This document shows, in pieces, positions 1-21,932 of a stretch of DNA of 64,000 nucleotides. Each line of letters starts with the position of its first letter. The first letter of the stretch is position 1. This stretch comes from Botryllus schlosseri (lineage: Eukaryota), in assembly GCA_051294905.1 (NCBI GenBank), contig CM119372.1, positions 8,000,001 through 8,064,000 on the forward strand. The letters are read 5' to 3'. The notes below the pieces were generated by a model that was given only the letters and a program-made list of their open reading frames with translations, made no database searches and was not told where the DNA came from. The translations under genes were made by a program, and so were the position numbers.

Positions 1-1230
1 TGCCAAAAATAACACGGCCTGCCAAATAGTGTATTTCGTTCATGGTGTTATGTTAACAGGACCGCGTTACAAGCGAGAAGAGCGTTTTTGAAAGGCAGGT
101 TTCTTAATCTGGGTCAAGCCCACAGCGAGATTGAACGACTGACTGCATTTGGTTTTACGTCATACTTTCCATTTGTCCAAAGGCAATTATAAGACCATTT
201 TTGACCGGCTTGTCGAGCGCTAAATTTGATAAAACGGGTATCAATGAGAAGCTGCCGCAGTACTGATTATTAAAATATAAATTATATTCTGCTCATAGCA
301 CTGGAAACCCCCAAATCAACCACGATTTTTGCATTGTGATCGAGTTGAACATTGTGACGCAACAAACTGTCTGGCTATTTCTGAACTTCATAGTCTCGTT
401 TTGCCAGACAGTCTTGTTGCGTCAATGTTCTTAAACAAGCTAACCTTCCCATGACTTTTCCATGCGAGTTGGTACTATTAAAGCCACCTGAAGTGACAAA
501 AGTCCTCCGAAAATACATCGGTAGACTGAAGGAGAAATGATAGTCGGGTTACTAAATAGAATGTGTTGAGAGACAACACTGGAAACTGCTGGAAAAGGTT
601 CGGGAAGAAAATTATTTCCGCGATGAGATCGATGGCACTGGCGAAGTGATTTCTTTTCATGATGCATGGAAGCCGGTTCGGCCCTCCAAAGATTTTGAAG
701 CTCTGAAAACCTTTTGTGGATGACTGGCAATATTATTTCCCTCAACGGCTACTGTTGAAGCCCATATTTCCAGATTCGCTGGGCGAGAAATGAATTTAGG
801 AGAAAGTTAGCTGACCTGAGTTTGGAAGCACTATGTTACAGTGCAAACGATTTAAGTCTATTCAGCAGCTGTAACAATCAGCTGTTGAGCGTGTTTGTTA
901 GGCTTTTCTTTCTTTTTTTTGCTTATTGGCACCGATGGATACTGCACATTTTGTGGTTCATTTGATATTATTAACCTATGAAATCGTTAGGTTATTTCTT
1001 CTTCTTATTGTTTGTTGGCACTGATTATACGTGGATGCTGCACATTTTGTGGTGTCTTTTGACAAACTAGCCCAAATAGAGCGTTTTTGTGACTAATTCG
1101 AGGCTGAAACTATCTATTTAGAGGACGATGCCAAAACTGCCGAAAATAAAAATCGAAAATTGCCAAAAATAAGTTATTTTTGGCAGTTTTGGCATATACC
1201 AAAAATAACACGGCCTGGTATAGGTTATAT

Positions 1231-1515
1231 AGGACGTTTGTGTTTGGCCCGTGATGTTTTTGCAGCATATACAGTATACACATACAGCGACTCATGATAC
1301 ACATGCACATCACGATCTGTGCAATTGTGCATATGCAATTCATATCATGTGTGTCTAATATAGATATGCCACTGGACGAGGAAGGTGCAGAAATAGCCTT
1401 GTAGGGCTTTCTAAGTCTTACATCACCCGTCCATCTATATCCCGGAAATGCTGAGCCCCAAGCGGAGAAGCGAATAACAGATTTACCGATCTAGTATTCG
1501 GTCTAACCCGAATGG
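1231..1515 (-). mobile_element. SINE family B copy
   Basis: Aligns by eye to 60621-60860 (GGAAGGTGCAGA..TAGCCTTG..GGGCTTTCTAAGT..GCTGAGC.CCAAGC). Confidence 0.65.
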
Positions 1516-2029
1516 TCACTATCTTGAAGATTAATGCGGTTAGTTACCATGCAATCATTCTACGCAGTGTAGCTGACTCTGTCACCTTGAATTGGACTTT
1601 ATAGTATTATTAGGAATATTATATGTGACCAACATACATTGTATCGTATATCTGTAACTACTCAAAACCAGAATCGTTTTTGTGTGTTGAGCAAGTTCCA
1701 CAATACCTTTTTCGTGTCGCGACTATTTCGCGATCCGTATTTCTATTGGCTAAACTTCACAACCTCTGTTACGTAAAACCAGAGTTCTAAAGATATCTCT
1801 GCCTTTTTCAAATCGCGACTATTTTCGCACTCCTTATTCCTAATGGCTAACGCTTCGCAAATCCATTTTTTCGTCCTGTGACTTTTCACAATTCGTCTCC
1901 CCCCATTGGATAAACTTTATAGCCATTCTTTCGTTCTCCTCTTATAGTGTAAAATCGATGGTTTTCTCTCATAATGGGAGACTACAAGAAGAACGTCTTT
2001 TCACGCAAAATATATTTATGTCGGAGTAA

Positions 2030-3272
2030 CTCGCCCTTCCAAAAAAAACTTGGTCGTGGGCCCCCCACAGTGTGATAAACCAAACTAATGAGGGGCGTGG
2101 ACCTCCAGACTGCATCAGGATAGCGTACTCACCGCTACTTGTGAGCGAGATTTTTTTAAACTCATTGGTCATTATACTGAATCAGTTTATATCGCCTAAT
2201 CGCGCGAAACATGGAAATTTTCTATAATTCATAATTGAATCGGTCAACAATATCGGGAATTGCAGATATATTGCTATAATTTTTTCTACTCTCTGCCCAC
2301 GTAATCAGAATTACCGGTACAGCTGAGTGAATTGTTGTCTTGGAAAATGTAGGGCCCGTAAATAATAATTAAACGTATTCGGGCGGGCCCGCTGGTTTGT
2401 TCGTTTGATTTATTGACACAATTGGGCGCTTTTAACAACTTGGGTCATTTGCACCCGTACAGTAATTTTCATAAGGTCTTTCCGCTTTTCTTGCGTCCTT
2501 CTTCTGGTCTTTAGCTGCCATCTTTCTAAAGCTCGACTCTCTCTTACTCTGGGCTTTTCAAGGCGCTGTATTTACAGCGGGGTCGGAAATGAGGAACCCA
2601 AATAAAACTCCGACACAGCAGAGCCGAGACTCGAACCAGCAACCATCGGTGTCGTGACTGCAATGTTTAACCAACCGCGCCACTCGCTTCCCTAAGGGGC
2701 CCGTTGGTATAGTGACTTCGTTACATGCGGTGTTATATTTCGTGAGCTCCTGTCTGCCATGTGAAAAGATAATAAAATCGGCCAAATGCACTAAACTAAA
2801 TGATCCACACGATTTCAAATTTGTCTTTTTTTCACCGGCAAATAATGTTTCTCTGTGAGATGGCATATGCCATCTTGTGAGGTTCAGGCTGTCAAGACAG
2901 GAACATTCGGCGACAGCCATTTAGGCGGATATGAACAATTAAACATATGCATATATATCGAAGTTTTCGGTCAGCATTACGCCAGTCCTTTTCGTTCTGG
3001 TACACTTCTCGGAGTCGCGCGTATGGCCTAAAACTATACACGTGTCTTGGTGCGTCGTGGTGCGGTAATAGGCGACGCCGAAATGCCCATTTCTATAAAT
3101 CATGCGTATTTTTTCTTGAGGGAAGGGTATACCCAATAATTAAGATGTTTATCAACAGGAAATCGCGAGCAGCGCGAAAAGAAATATGAATAAATATGAA
3201 TGAATTTCAAAAAAAAAATTATGTTCATTCGCGAAATAATTTTGGGCCCCCTTCGAGCTCGCCCCCAAAATT
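2030..3272 (-). mobile_element. Inverted, partial copy of the 4837-6132 element family
   Basis: For example, 3240-3272 is the reverse complement of 4869-4900, and 2700-2990 matches 5140-5430 in reverse. It is interrupted by a SINE. Confidence 0.7.
2395..2692 (-). mobile_element. tRNA-derived SINE (family A)
   Basis: Minus-strand head GGGAAGCGAGTGGCGCGGTTGG (A box)...GGTTCGAGTCT (B box), a unique body, then AATAAA and a short (CAAA)-like tail. Confidence 0.7.
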
Positions 3273-4443
3273 GACTGACTACAACTATATCAAAGTTATA
3301 TTTGCGCACCGTCATATGATGCTATTCATGTGGGTTGACCCACACTACATAATTCCCAAAAAATTCTCGACCTCAGAGCGTTTCTATTTCAACCCTAACA
3401 AAGGCGATTGAATCATGTAGCCTACATTATGCCTACAACACCTATCATGGCCTACTACAATCATTTACGTACTCCTGTCACGCCAATATAATGCATTGAT
3501 ATCGGATCTAGTAAGAAATTGTAATATTTTGCACGCATAAATCGTTTCTGAATATACGGGCTTACCGTGATCCGAGGATATATAAAATCACAAAGCAAAT
3601 GAAATAATAAGAATACAAAATACAGTACTATTATCTGATTATAGCAACACCTTGTACATTCCATAGATTGGTAGCATAAGTACATACAAATGATACAATA
3701 CAATTTAACACATAAAGCACCATATCGCACGTTGAAACACTGAAACCATTTTCACAACCCACAAAATTTTCCGAAGACGGTTCAGTCATATAGAGGAGTG
3801 ATGCGTAGAAAATGATAAAAATGTAGCCATAAGGCCAACACCAAACATTTGGCAGTTTCATTACGCATGTTAATTAGCCCAAGGATATACTGAACAATCA
3901 GTCCGGATCTTATTAAAGTTATATACATTCACCATTGTCGTCAGGCTAGATGTGAAGGTTCGTACTAGATATTGCAAATTATAGAAATAATCTTAAATAT
4001 GTCAGAACTCCCGTCTGCTCGATTGCATTCGCACAGCCTCCTGCGTTCGTTTAATATGTGCAGAGATGTCAGCACTGTTCAGTCCAGGCACCTAAATATA
4101 GGTCAATCGATTTGGCATATTATTTTCCAAATCGGTCGTCATTTTGCCAATATCATGTGGCCAAACATATTTCATACACTGCGATCCACACGCACAGGTC
4201 AAGTGCTCACGATCGGTCGAGTCGGATCGAAAAGTCAGCCAATTGAAATAGCAAGCAATGGTTATTTTATATGGCCTTTGTAATTACAAAAACACCAATA
4301 ACGATATATGACAAAATTGCTACCTTGATGCGTTTTATATACACTGTGTATACAAAATACATATATACCCCTACACCTTGAACTATTGTGAACTGTGGAA
4401 CAATTTCCTCAGACGTCAGGAGATTTGCTACTGCTTATACTCG

Positions 4444-12741
<8,298 letters not shown>

Positions 12742-14719
12742 TTTCTCCCGTCGCCCAACTAACGCTCATGGAATAACTTGGTTAAGCTGTGAAATATTTC
12801 ACTCTGTCAATTCGACAAAATATAATTAGGTTTATACCACTCCATCTGCCTCAAATCATATGCGAGAACCTGCAATATTTGTACTTTTGGTCAAATGCGG
12901 CCTGCAAATTATCAGAGAAAAGAACCTTCACTAAAGTAACTCGTACACTACAGTTTCTCCACAATGTAAAATTGTCGACTAAAAACCGGACAAACATACT
13001 TTGCTGCTCGTATAAACTCCTCCTCACATAGACTTTCTGTGGTTTGGAATAGCGAAAGTATATTTCTTACAACGTATACACGCACGCCAGTGTGTTTCCG
13101 TGAACCGAGCAAAATGAAAAAGTTCGAAAGCCTTTTCATATCTGGACAACCATTAATCGAATGCGTTCATATAACGCCTGGCAGCCATCTGCGTCAACAT
13201 ATAATATAAGATACGTAATACTAATACTACAGTTCCATCACTCCGTATTCAACCTTCATGTAAATTTCGAAAAGGAATCATCTCAATCTCTCTTATTAAA
13301 AAAAGTTTCTCTTCGTAAGATATTTATCATTACCGAACACAGAAAAGAAGCAAAGGTCACCTCGTGTGCTCCCACCGACTCTGCGCATGCACTCGCCTTT
13401 CTAAAGTTTAATTTGCCACGTAGTCCAAGGGATTTAGGAGCAATAATTTGCCACGGCGCTCTGAAAATGTCTCATTCTTGCATACGTGTAAAATTACTCT
13501 ATGGCGCATTAATTTAAAGATGTTATATTCCTATCGCTAAATCCGCAAGACACATAATCAAAGCTCACGCCATCTCGAGTCGTCGAACCTGAAAATGTCG
13601 TATCTCTTCATAAACCTGTGGTGCTGGTCTGGATTGGTTTTTGATGTGAACAGTCATGTCAACAGCGTTAGTGATCTGGTTGTCCGTGTCCTTCATTAAA
13701 TTCTAAAATAGGATTATTTCCTGGACGCTAGCATTCGGATTGTCATGGCGGCGTTGTAAGACGAAACGATGAAGCCTTCTTTCATCAATCGCCAAGTTCC
13801 TTTGCATTCAGCATAAGAAACTTTTAGGAAGCCGCTGCAGCTATAATGGATTACGTAAAAGGCAGCAATTTCCTGTCTCTTACGCTACTGATGAGCTACG
13901 TTAGTAAGATAAATATCTGGATTGTATTTCCTAACGAAATCGATTGCTTGCTATCTTTGCGTTTTGGAGCATGCGACATGCAATACAAGAAATAAGAAGC
14001 GACGTGATTCCAACCGTATAAATCTGTATGGAGTACAGAACAAAACACCATGCAGAAGTCATCGTAACTTTTTAATTTTGCATTCCAACACAATCTGATG
14101 TATATTTTCATATTGGAAGCAAGCAGTACTATATATACATATGCACTGGTCGGTCAAGCAATTGTAGGCCTACAAGGCGACATGTACGCATGTACGTTAT
14201 GTCAAATAGGAATAAATTTCGTTGGAGTTCGTGATGAATACGTAGGAAACCGGGTTTCAGATTCACAACAAGGAGGAGGCCAAGTCACTGTCTTCAGGTT
14301 TTGTATTTCTTACAGCTTGTAGCATAACGCTACCACCCTTGCATTGCGATTTCGGTTCCAAGAGATTCCAAATGACACCAGTTTGCATAAAAGTAACGCA
14401 ACAATTCTTGGCACATTTTTCGATATTTTGTAAACTCTATTTCGTTATTTTTGACGTAAAATAGATTCCAACTACGTGTAATATATTTAAAAGACAGCTT
14501 TACGAATTCCTTAGCGGGTATGTTTGGACATAGGTCCTTTTTTCGCTTAGTTCATCCCTCTACATCTTGCAATATATATAATAATAATAATGCGACTCTA
14601 GAAGATGAGACACATTTATATTCTATTTCCATTTTCCTGTTCCTGACAGATACTGTCATTTTGATCGTTATTGTGATGATAGACCTTATAAATTCAATAT
14701 ACGGGGAGTAATGACGGGA

Positions 14720-15260
14720 ACCGGATTAGCATGGAAACAAAAATGATTCACGTCTTAAGATGCAATACAGCTAGGCATGGATGACCAAAATCGGATATGA
14801 CCAACAAGGGTGATGACAATTGATCTACCGCCATACTGCAGGGATGTGTTGCTGAAACACTGCTGGTTTTAGTCTTAATCCGGGACGATGTATGTTTTGA
14901 TATAGGCCATCTCCTGATATCAATAGCTGATGAATCGCTTCTCAGATTCAACAAAAACTGACTATTGCATCGCAGTACATGTCAATATATGCTTCTATAT
15001 ATCCCATTTTGGAATTGATGTACTCTCTATCTTGGTTGAATCTCAACTTGTCCTCAGCATCTTTAGTATCTCCCCTATGTATTGAGAGCAACTCACATTA
15101 TCCCCCTGCATAAGTATATTCCTAAATATAACGTATTAATTTGTGGAAGGTTTGTCCAAAGTTCTGACCAAATGACCTGAATCAGAACTTTTGTATACAA
15201 GTTATATTAGGCCAAGAGCAACCACATATCATGGTTTCGAGTTGCTCGCCTATATCAACC
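14720..15260 (-). mobile_element. Possible highly decayed RTE-like LINE fragment
   Basis: Only faint traces (IKTKT..VSAT, a YLG-like segment) with many stops. Confidence 0.25.
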
Positions 15261-16452
15261 CTAGGTCTTGTCACGGATCCGTACGCTGCTGAAACCCGGT
15301 ACTTGCACGATAGTGGAGGTAATAGGAGTTAGGTTAAGTTTCGAATGAATCCAAAATCCAGGTTAAACCGCTTTCGCAATCTCACACCTAATACCAAACC
15401 TGGTCGAGCGCTCGTGCAAATGTAGCATCATTCTACGAATGGAAATACTGTCGTGCGTTGAGAGTACACTGTAAAAAATAAAGGTGGATTTTAGGGTGGA
15501 ATTAGGGAGGAAATATTGTTTCCACTCATGATCAAGGGAGGGTGACTATAATACACCTCGTGAAAGGTGATATCCTCCTTTCCACCCCTGTTTGACAGTG
15601 GATGATGAATCCGCCTATACGCGTGAGGTGCGCATACGGGGTTGTTGTCGCGAAATTTAATGCGTGCGCCCAAGGTGGCTGGTTAAACACACATATGAAG
15701 GCCGGAAGGACATTGGTATGTAATATGTGACCCTCATATCGGTACACAGAGACAGCGAGATAATAGTTATAAGCCAACCGCGCAACCGTGCACATAATCA
15801 TTGAATGAAAATCTCTATCTTCATTGCGGGGAGCAGATATTTGTTCAATGTTCAGTTTGAAAGTGTTGGAATCAACAATTATTCAATCGTCCGTTGGTCG
15901 TCCGCTGTACTAGTAGTTCGTCCGTTACTACATAGGTTACTACGTATGTTAGTTATATGCCGTTACCGTATATAGTTAGAAGTTTGTTGTTGCCATTGTT
16001 ACGGTGCGAGTTACTAGGTCTGTGATTTTTACTGTGACGTCAGAATGATACAGACGGTGAATGAAATCGTCAGACTGATGCCTGCTTCTGATTGGTTGTT
16101 GTATCACTAAAAAGTTCGGGTGGTAAAAAGATGGCGCCGACAACACAGTTGTCTTCGACAAATTTTGTAGTAAGAGAAGCGAGTTTTTGTGAGTCCATGG
16201 AGTATACGAGAGGGAGATAGTTGGCTTTGGATTATGGATTGGCGTTGTGATGCTTGTATTAGAAATGCGTTATCGTGTTGGACATACTTGCCCAGCCTGT
16301 CAAGTCTTCGGCTGTGAAATTGGATCGTGCAATCACATTGCCACGGCATGCAACAGCTACAGATGCCATTTAGATTCTCATCACATGACGGTGCAGGCCA
16401 GATACCAGCTATTCATGAGCATTTGCTAATCAATCTGTCTGTTTAGGTAGCC

Positions 16453-19278
16453 ATGAAATTGTTAGTTAAGCTATCAAATTATTGTCCGCTGATTACTGTC
16501 GACGACGCTTCTGAGATAAGAAGAGAGGTTTCGGAAATACACAAAGGTGAACTCCATGATCGTGACTTCAAAATCCAGTGTTATGACAGAAGATTAGGCC
16601 AGTATCTAGATCTGGAGTATGCGGATGTCGGAGATGATGACGTCTTCAAAGAGGACATTGCAATATGTCAAGTAATTGTAAGTAAGCACACACTGAATTC
16701 AAATCATTTACTTGCTGCTAGCTGAACATTTTTTAGTAGTCCAATTCAAGTGCGATAGTCGTTACATTTCTATTGTCGAATTTATCCAGCGTATAATCCA
16801 CTGGTAGCCGTGGCCCGTCGGTATATATTTGAGCTCTGAGCGAAAAGGTGATTTTTTTTTTTTTTTAGTCATCCACCTGGAAATGTGGAGAGAAAAACGG
16901 TATTTTGAGAATTCTACTCCGGTTTTGCAAGTTTTAAATTTCTGAAAAAGTGTCCTCTTTTTAGATTTCCAAAATATGTTAAGCCTACCATATACCTGCT
17001 TTTGATTGCGTTTGCGTAATATTGATAGTATATTGACTCTTGCTGGTGCGAGACAACATTGTTGTGTTTAAGAACTACGATAGGTTGTGTGTCGCACGTC
17101 CAACAGCTTTCAAAAATGCTTCATGAAGACTAAGTTTCGGTGTCACTGTACTGAATGTCCTATCAAGTTAATTTGAATTATTCCACGCCCGCAAAAGTAA
17201 AGTATATGCATATTGCATATTGTATATCCACACAAGTGCATGCCATCTCACAGTTTGAAAAGCAATGCTGCAAAGCCAATTTTGGTTCCGTCAGTATTCC
17301 TTGCTCCCATAAGTACACATCTCTTTACCCAGGTAAATATTGCATTGCCGAGAAAATGAGTGATCCATTGGATGTGCTGTCGGAAATCGCCCTCAATTCG
17401 ACGCCAGGTACTCATGACGGAAACGACAGTTCTGGTGAGTTATACTAAATTTTGAACTGAGCTGTTGGTTTTAACAGAACTTACGATCTCGTCAATTATG
17501 CAATCAAGTAATTAATTGTGATCCATTATTTGCCATATGTGCTCATTAGTCATGTTCAATTGTACAGCAATCAACATCCGGACTTGCCATGAGTTTTTGT
17601 GCCGTTTTTGATCTATGCCAGGGGGATCAACCTGTAGCCTTAGAAGCCGATATGAATAAATAGGTGAGCTCGGAGTATAAAATAAATGGACATAATCGAC
17701 AATTTAATGCGGATATTTGGCTTCAAGTTGGTGCATTACGACTGTGCGCTGGAATGCGGCCGCATGCTGTTTTAATATTAGGAAATCAGGCCGTGAATAG
17801 CAAAAAGGTTGGTCAACCCTGATCTACACCAATGCCTCCATAGCAAACAACACACTTATGCTCTGTAAGTTAGTTGTATTTTGTATTACAGAATCTGACG
17901 ATCTGGACTGGATGGTTACATTGGTTAGTCTACCTGCCATTTTCCTCAAAAATAAACTTCTTCCTGTCTGATCAGGTACGAATATTTATCGATATTATCA
18001 AGCAGTTGTTTGATTTGAAGTATACATAATTCGGGACTGTCAGAACGATTCGACAGTCCTAGTCGAACTTTGCATTTTATAGCAACTATGTAATTGTAGT
18101 TTAAACACATTTTTTCAACGGTATACATCCCATTGCTATTAAATCGTTTTTAGTCTGGCAGCCTTTCATAACTAATCATTTGGCTGGGAATTCGACAGCA
18201 GAGCAGTCATATTTTTTATAGCTGCAACCGATGAAATAAGATCAGATAAGGGCATTTGAATATTTACTCCTTCTCAAACGCCCTGCTGTTGACAAGCCCG
18301 CGCACCCTTTTCATCGCAGTCGCAGTGAAGCAGTGGTGTACAAATGGCGTTTCGCAAAGCAATTTCTGGGTGTCCACACACTCAATTGGCAACATGAATG
18401 ATAACCTAATTTTTAGGCCCAGATTCAGATCATCACGCCGTATATTTAGGCGATTACAAGTATATAAGTGGTGATCTGCAAGCTATGTTAGTGTTATATA
18501 CTTCAAGTGGACATCTTGAGTAGTACAGCTTTTTCAAAAAGTAGAACTAAACGCATAATTTTAGCTGTATTTCGAAGGTGGCCACTTTTCAACTCGATAG
18601 ATGCATATTCGCAACTTACTCAATATGAGTAATAACATGACAGTTGCAGTAAAACAGAGTTACAAATTTAAAAACTTTTGAGGGTGTCCAGCCCGCAGGA
18701 CTGGACGGTCAAAAAGAGGTCGGCATGGTGACGATGAAAAGTTGGTGTCAGCGTGAGCTGCTGACTAGCACCTGGTTGTCAAGTCCATCTAATGTTCATA
18801 TACCCGAGCCAGAGGCGTTAAACGCAGTTAACAAGGCTATACTGAAGTAGAAGTAGGAAGACATAATTTTACTCGGTACGAGTTATGTTGTAAACCAGCT
18901 ACAAGTAGAAGTAGTTTGACAGTCTTTTGATACTACTCAAGTGAGCATGTATTTTTGAATAGTTATAATACACTGCCAATATGTATGTTTGACCTGTTTC
19001 ACAATACCAAACCTTTCTTCAGATGCCCAGATCAGCCTACCTTACAATTTGTTCTGCTGTGGAAAAGAAGAAGTGGGCCATCTACTTTGATGGGGAGACA
19101 GTCCGAGATATCAACAGCTTCCATGAGGAATTTGCAGTGATGCTTTCAGTCTACTGGATATTCGACATACAGTTTTCGACAAACATCAGAAATTCCCTCA
19201 CTTTCATGTCAGTTCTAGCACACTGTTGAAAGAGATGAGTTCTGCTGTTCGCACCAAACTTGGTAAAATCTGGGACTA
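16453..19278 (+). pseudogene. Decayed spliced accessory gene of the CMC-like element (SAMD3-like C-terminal motif)
   Basis: ORF 16453 (FKIQCYDRRLGQYLDL) and an exon starting at cag|ATG 19023 (WAIYFDGETV...SFHEEFAVMLSVYWIFDIQF...NSLTFM). These resemble, from memory, the 'F..YY.FN..YP....L.F.Q' domain of SAMD3-like transposon proteins. A stop/frameshift occurs near 19229. Confidence 0.5.
17619..17821. mobile_element. hAT-type MITE nested in the CMC-like element
   Basis: CAGGGGGATCAACC...GGTTGGTCAACCCTG ends; imperfect 8-bp TSD ATCTATGC/ATCTACAC. Confidence 0.6.
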
Positions 19279-20897
19279 ATTTGAAAATAAAGTTTTGGAA
19301 TAAAGGCGATGTTGTGATTTATGTCAACGTGGATTATGAAGATTTAATTTAGATGTTGTGCGCATCGAAGTCGTTTGACGAAGATATCCGGATAGGATGA
19401 GGTGGTATCTGGATAGGCTGATGAGGTGGTTTACCGATAGCATAGGGGAGGAAAATTTTCCACCTAAAATAGGTGGGGGAGCCCACCACCCTTTACGGGT
19501 GGAGAAAATACCACCTCCTTTGGGTGATTTTTGAAACACCTCTGTAAGGTGGCCACAGTTTTTACAGTGTAGAAGTCACCTTGTTATAATGTAACGATTG
19601 GTAATAACACGATAAAGACAAAACAGCAATATGTTGATATGAATAGTATGGCTATGTAATTCATAATATCTAATAGAGGTATAGCTTTCATTTTCCCACA
19701 CAACGCGAAAGCAGAGGGTCGTATCGCATAGCGCCCAGGTTGCCCTTTAGGGTCACCATTGTGCCTAAACGATAAACACATTTCGAAGATATTACGTTAA
19801 ACACGAGAGAGACTCATCGTGAATTCGAGGGAACCAACACGGGCTCTTGTAACCTTATCCGGGACATACCCTCCGACTCGTCTCCCTCGTAGAAAGTGCG
19901 TAAACTCGACGAACAAAACGAGACACAACTCTGAGAAGGTTCCCACGACATCAAAGCAGCCAAAACACAATATGAATGACGCGATCGCAATAAACTATTT
20001 GGGTCTGATATATTACCCAGTACGGAGCAACGCGAGTATTCGTCGTGTCGTTTCTATATACATACAATTCCTCAATCCTCGGCGATATTTCGGTCCATCG
20101 ATGAATTGATTTTCGACCAGTTTTACACTAAAGTTACCCGATTATAACAGATTATGACACCTTATTACATTATTCTTTGTCTTATTTATCGTTGGTTTTA
20201 TGGCGTCTTTAAAAAGAAAAGAAATCACATAATTTTTACTTATCGATGCCACCGGAGTTGATAAAACATTATTGCACACTTCGTCACTACTCCGAGATTT
20301 GTGGAACATGTAACAATATACATCTGTACATGAATATTTGTGTATTTGGCAACAATAGCAGGTATCAGGAGTAGAAAACTGCCGAAACATATATGTGGTT
20401 CTTTAACCATGCATTCATATTACACTCACATACTATATATGACGAGGCTTGCATATTTTACAACAAACACGTTTAAAACATGTTTTTAGCGTTTTATTTT
20501 TCTCTCTGGCGTCACGAATGTTCAATGGTTTTGGCGTCACAATGGATTGACATTGTTGTATGGCTCATTAAGAATTGCAATTGAAAATATAGGGTCAATA
20601 TGGCTCCTTTGACGAAAACGGTTTCCCATTCCTGTCATGAAACGGACCAAAAATTTATTTGATCAGGACTACATCGTCATGCAGCAATTTTACGGTCGGC
20701 AGATATCGTCAGAACATATTCCGTCCCGGTGATATATAACTTACGTCCTATGGCTATAACTGTTGCGGCGACGATTTCGAGGGCATCTACCATTCCATAT
20801 CGTATACGTCTACTCTATCTAGTGTATGTCGTCCAAAAGCTCATACTACATATTTTATCGAAAATATTTACACAATAATGACGTATAGGACCAATTC

Positions 20898-21349
20898 AGG
20901 GTTACCATATTTTGAGATCTATCCCGACTCTATACTCCCGAATTACCCGTCGCGCCCTATTTTTCGTTGATTGTCCTGCCAACTCTGACGTTCCATGCGT
21001 CGCTGCCGAGTTTTGATCGCATTTTAATACTCTTATTAGAAAAATAAGAGGACAAGTTCCCAAAAAGAAAACATTTAGGCGTCCCCCGAGGACACTTTCA
21101 ATTTACTGAAAAAAGGGGACAAATCCTCTAAAAGAGGACTTATGGTAACCAATGTTCCCTCTAATTTCTCACGAGTCTGCGCGCACCAACTCACTGCGCG
21201 GTTCCTTGGACAACAGTGCGCAACGACTACAAAAAGGCATCACTTCGGACTTTTTGTGTGCAGCTTAGATTTTCTGTGTGCGGACACCGTTTCGGCACTT
21301 CGCACTTGCGCATGTGCGAAGCTTAGAGGGAACATTGATGGTAACCCTA
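20898..21349. mobile_element. hAT-like MITE (AGGGTTACCATA ends) with a nested second MITE at 21150-21337
   Basis: The inner element CAATGTTCCCTCTAA...TTAGAGGGAACATTG has a perfect 8-bp TSD ATGGTAAC that splits the outer TIR. Related ends occur at 23058, ~16800-16990, ~29140-29467 and 32588. Confidence 0.8.
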
Positions 21350-21932
21350 CCTAATTATACTACTTAAAAATACTTTAATGACTTTAGTTGAAAACACTGT
21401 TTAAAACATGTTGTAAACAAAGGGTCTGGAAGCGCTTCTAGTTTTAAATGCAACCCTGTCTATGACATTTATAACGGAGAAATACGGCTGTCCAGGAAAG
21501 TAAATTTGACAACCAGGAACGCATATAGTTATTCGTATCCTTTGGAATATTGTCTGAGGCTGCTGAACCAAGCTGGATCCTATTAATGGATAACGTCGCG
21601 TCGTCAGTCGTGTCTATCGATAGCCCTCTATCATAATAGTACCCATATTTTGTTATATCCTCAAATAATTCTGTAAGCCTGATGGATCCATCAAGATATA
21701 TGTTTCATAGGTCAAGGGATATGTCTGAGCAATGGTTTTTGAGCTTGCGAGACCTGTAACAATACGCGGTTTTATTGAAGTTTGTGCAAGACCGCACCCT
21801 CTTGAAAACCACCAACTTCATTTTGATTCTTCGGTTTGTAAAATTGTAATTTGGCGGACTGGCGTCAAAGTTGACTCGGACAGACGGCCGAGAACGACTG
21901 TGCTAGAGGTTAGAATCTAGCACAGTTAGAAT

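Larger units (their letters stand above)
15467..19569 (+). mobile_element. EnSpm/CACTA (CMC superfamily)-like DNA transposon, non-autonomous derivative
   Basis: Terminal inverted repeats CACTGTAAAAA...TTTTTACAGTG flanked by TA on both sides, with GGTGG/CCACC-rich subterminal regions. Internal spliced coding remnants: 16247-16385 (C2H2-like), 16453-~16677, ~17892-17975 and 19023-19229. Confidence 0.7.

Noticed and set aside
2610..2692. Functional tRNA gene
   Set aside because: A and B boxes are present, but I could not fold a convincing cloverleaf, and it continues into a SINE-like body and tail.
440..4380. Short ORFs (60-120 aa) here and throughout the introns
   Set aside because: No recognisable domains; they overlap repeats, UTRs or the antisense strand of real exons.
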